The notes beneath the pieces were generated by a model. That model saw nothing but the letters and a program-made list of their open reading frames with translations, did not search any database and was not told the origin of the DNA. 64,000 nt of DNA from positions 85,996,001 to 86,060,000 of the forward strand of contig NW_024704742.1 of assembly GCF_018977255.1 (NCBI RefSeq), written 5' to 3'. The first letter of the stretch is position 1, and every line of letters begins with the position of its first letter. Of this stretch, positions 63,435 to 64,000 are shown one piece after another. The stretch comes from Callorhinchus milii. Its lineage: Eukaryota. The position numbers were made by a program, and so were the translations under genes.

Positions 63435-63690
63435 CTTTTGCTTCTGAGTCGAAAGGTTGCAGGTAGAAGTCCCATGTCGGGATGTGGAATTTGTTAGTCA
63501 AGGCTGACACTCCGGTGAGGTTAGAGATGTTGTCAGAGGCAAACTCCTTCAGATGAGACATTAAACTGAGTTTCTGTCTACCTCCTTTAGTCGCCATACT
63601 TTACAGTATAAGAGTACTTCCTGTGAAGTACTTTGAAACATCCTTCTGACATGAAAGATGCTATACCAAATATAAGGATTATTACATTAT
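63435..63690 (+). mobile_element. Deu-domain SINE with deletion
   Basis: cttcagatgagacattaaactgag core plus tail. Confidence 0.65.
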
Positions 63691-63744
63691 TACTGATGGA
63701 CCAGAACTCATCCCTGGACTATCAAGGATCACATCTTCAATACA

Positions 63745-64000
63745 ATAAATTTACGTTTATATTAGTGCCTTTCATGCCAGGAGGATGTCCCAAAGCCAGT
63801 TCACAGTGCTGAATGGGCAATCAAGCTAAGGGATGGGAGCTGAGAGGACAAGGAGGGAAAAGATCAAGGAAAAGGTTTGAAACGTGCCTTGAATGAGGGG
63901 GAGGAGGGAGCAAGGTGGGGGGACTCTGGAGTGGAGTTCCAGAGGGAGGGGCAGAATGGCTGAAAGCCCTGATGATGAGCAGTACAGCCCAATCAAAATA
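63745..64000 (-). mobile_element. L2 3' fragment
   Basis: gtgcctttcatgccaggaggatgtcccaaag...ggagttccagagggaggggcagaatggctgaa. Confidence 0.65.

Overview
Vertebrate, repeat-dense and almost entirely intronic DNA. The repeats (CR1 and L2 LINEs, Deu-domain SacSINE1-type SINEs and a tRNA/CORE-like SINE sharing an L2 tail) point to a cartilaginous fish, probably a holocephalan; this is inference from recalled repeat consensus sequences. The window appears to cover the 5' end of one large + strand gene that I could not name: a non-coding exon ending at 358, candidate exons near 12983 and 20123-20158, and an alternative first coding exon at 27200-27373. Most ORFs in the supplied track are LINE/SINE fragments. 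Highlights: (1) a 1461-bp hAT DNA transposon (9383-10843; TIRs, perfect 8-bp TSD) whose only cargo is a spliced, now frameshifted, CGGBP1-like gene of about 175 aa that stops about where the transposase catalytic domain would begin; (2) at least 8 copies of a roughly 550-nt structured retroposon-like family that I could not assign, with a shared 3' stem-loop or pseudoknot ending in GACCA(A)n; (3) a pre-miRNA-like hairpin made from a CR1 3' tail; (4) an internally deleted L2, a solo LTR, a hAT MITE and several nested insertions. Repeat boundaries are approximate unless a TSD is quoted.
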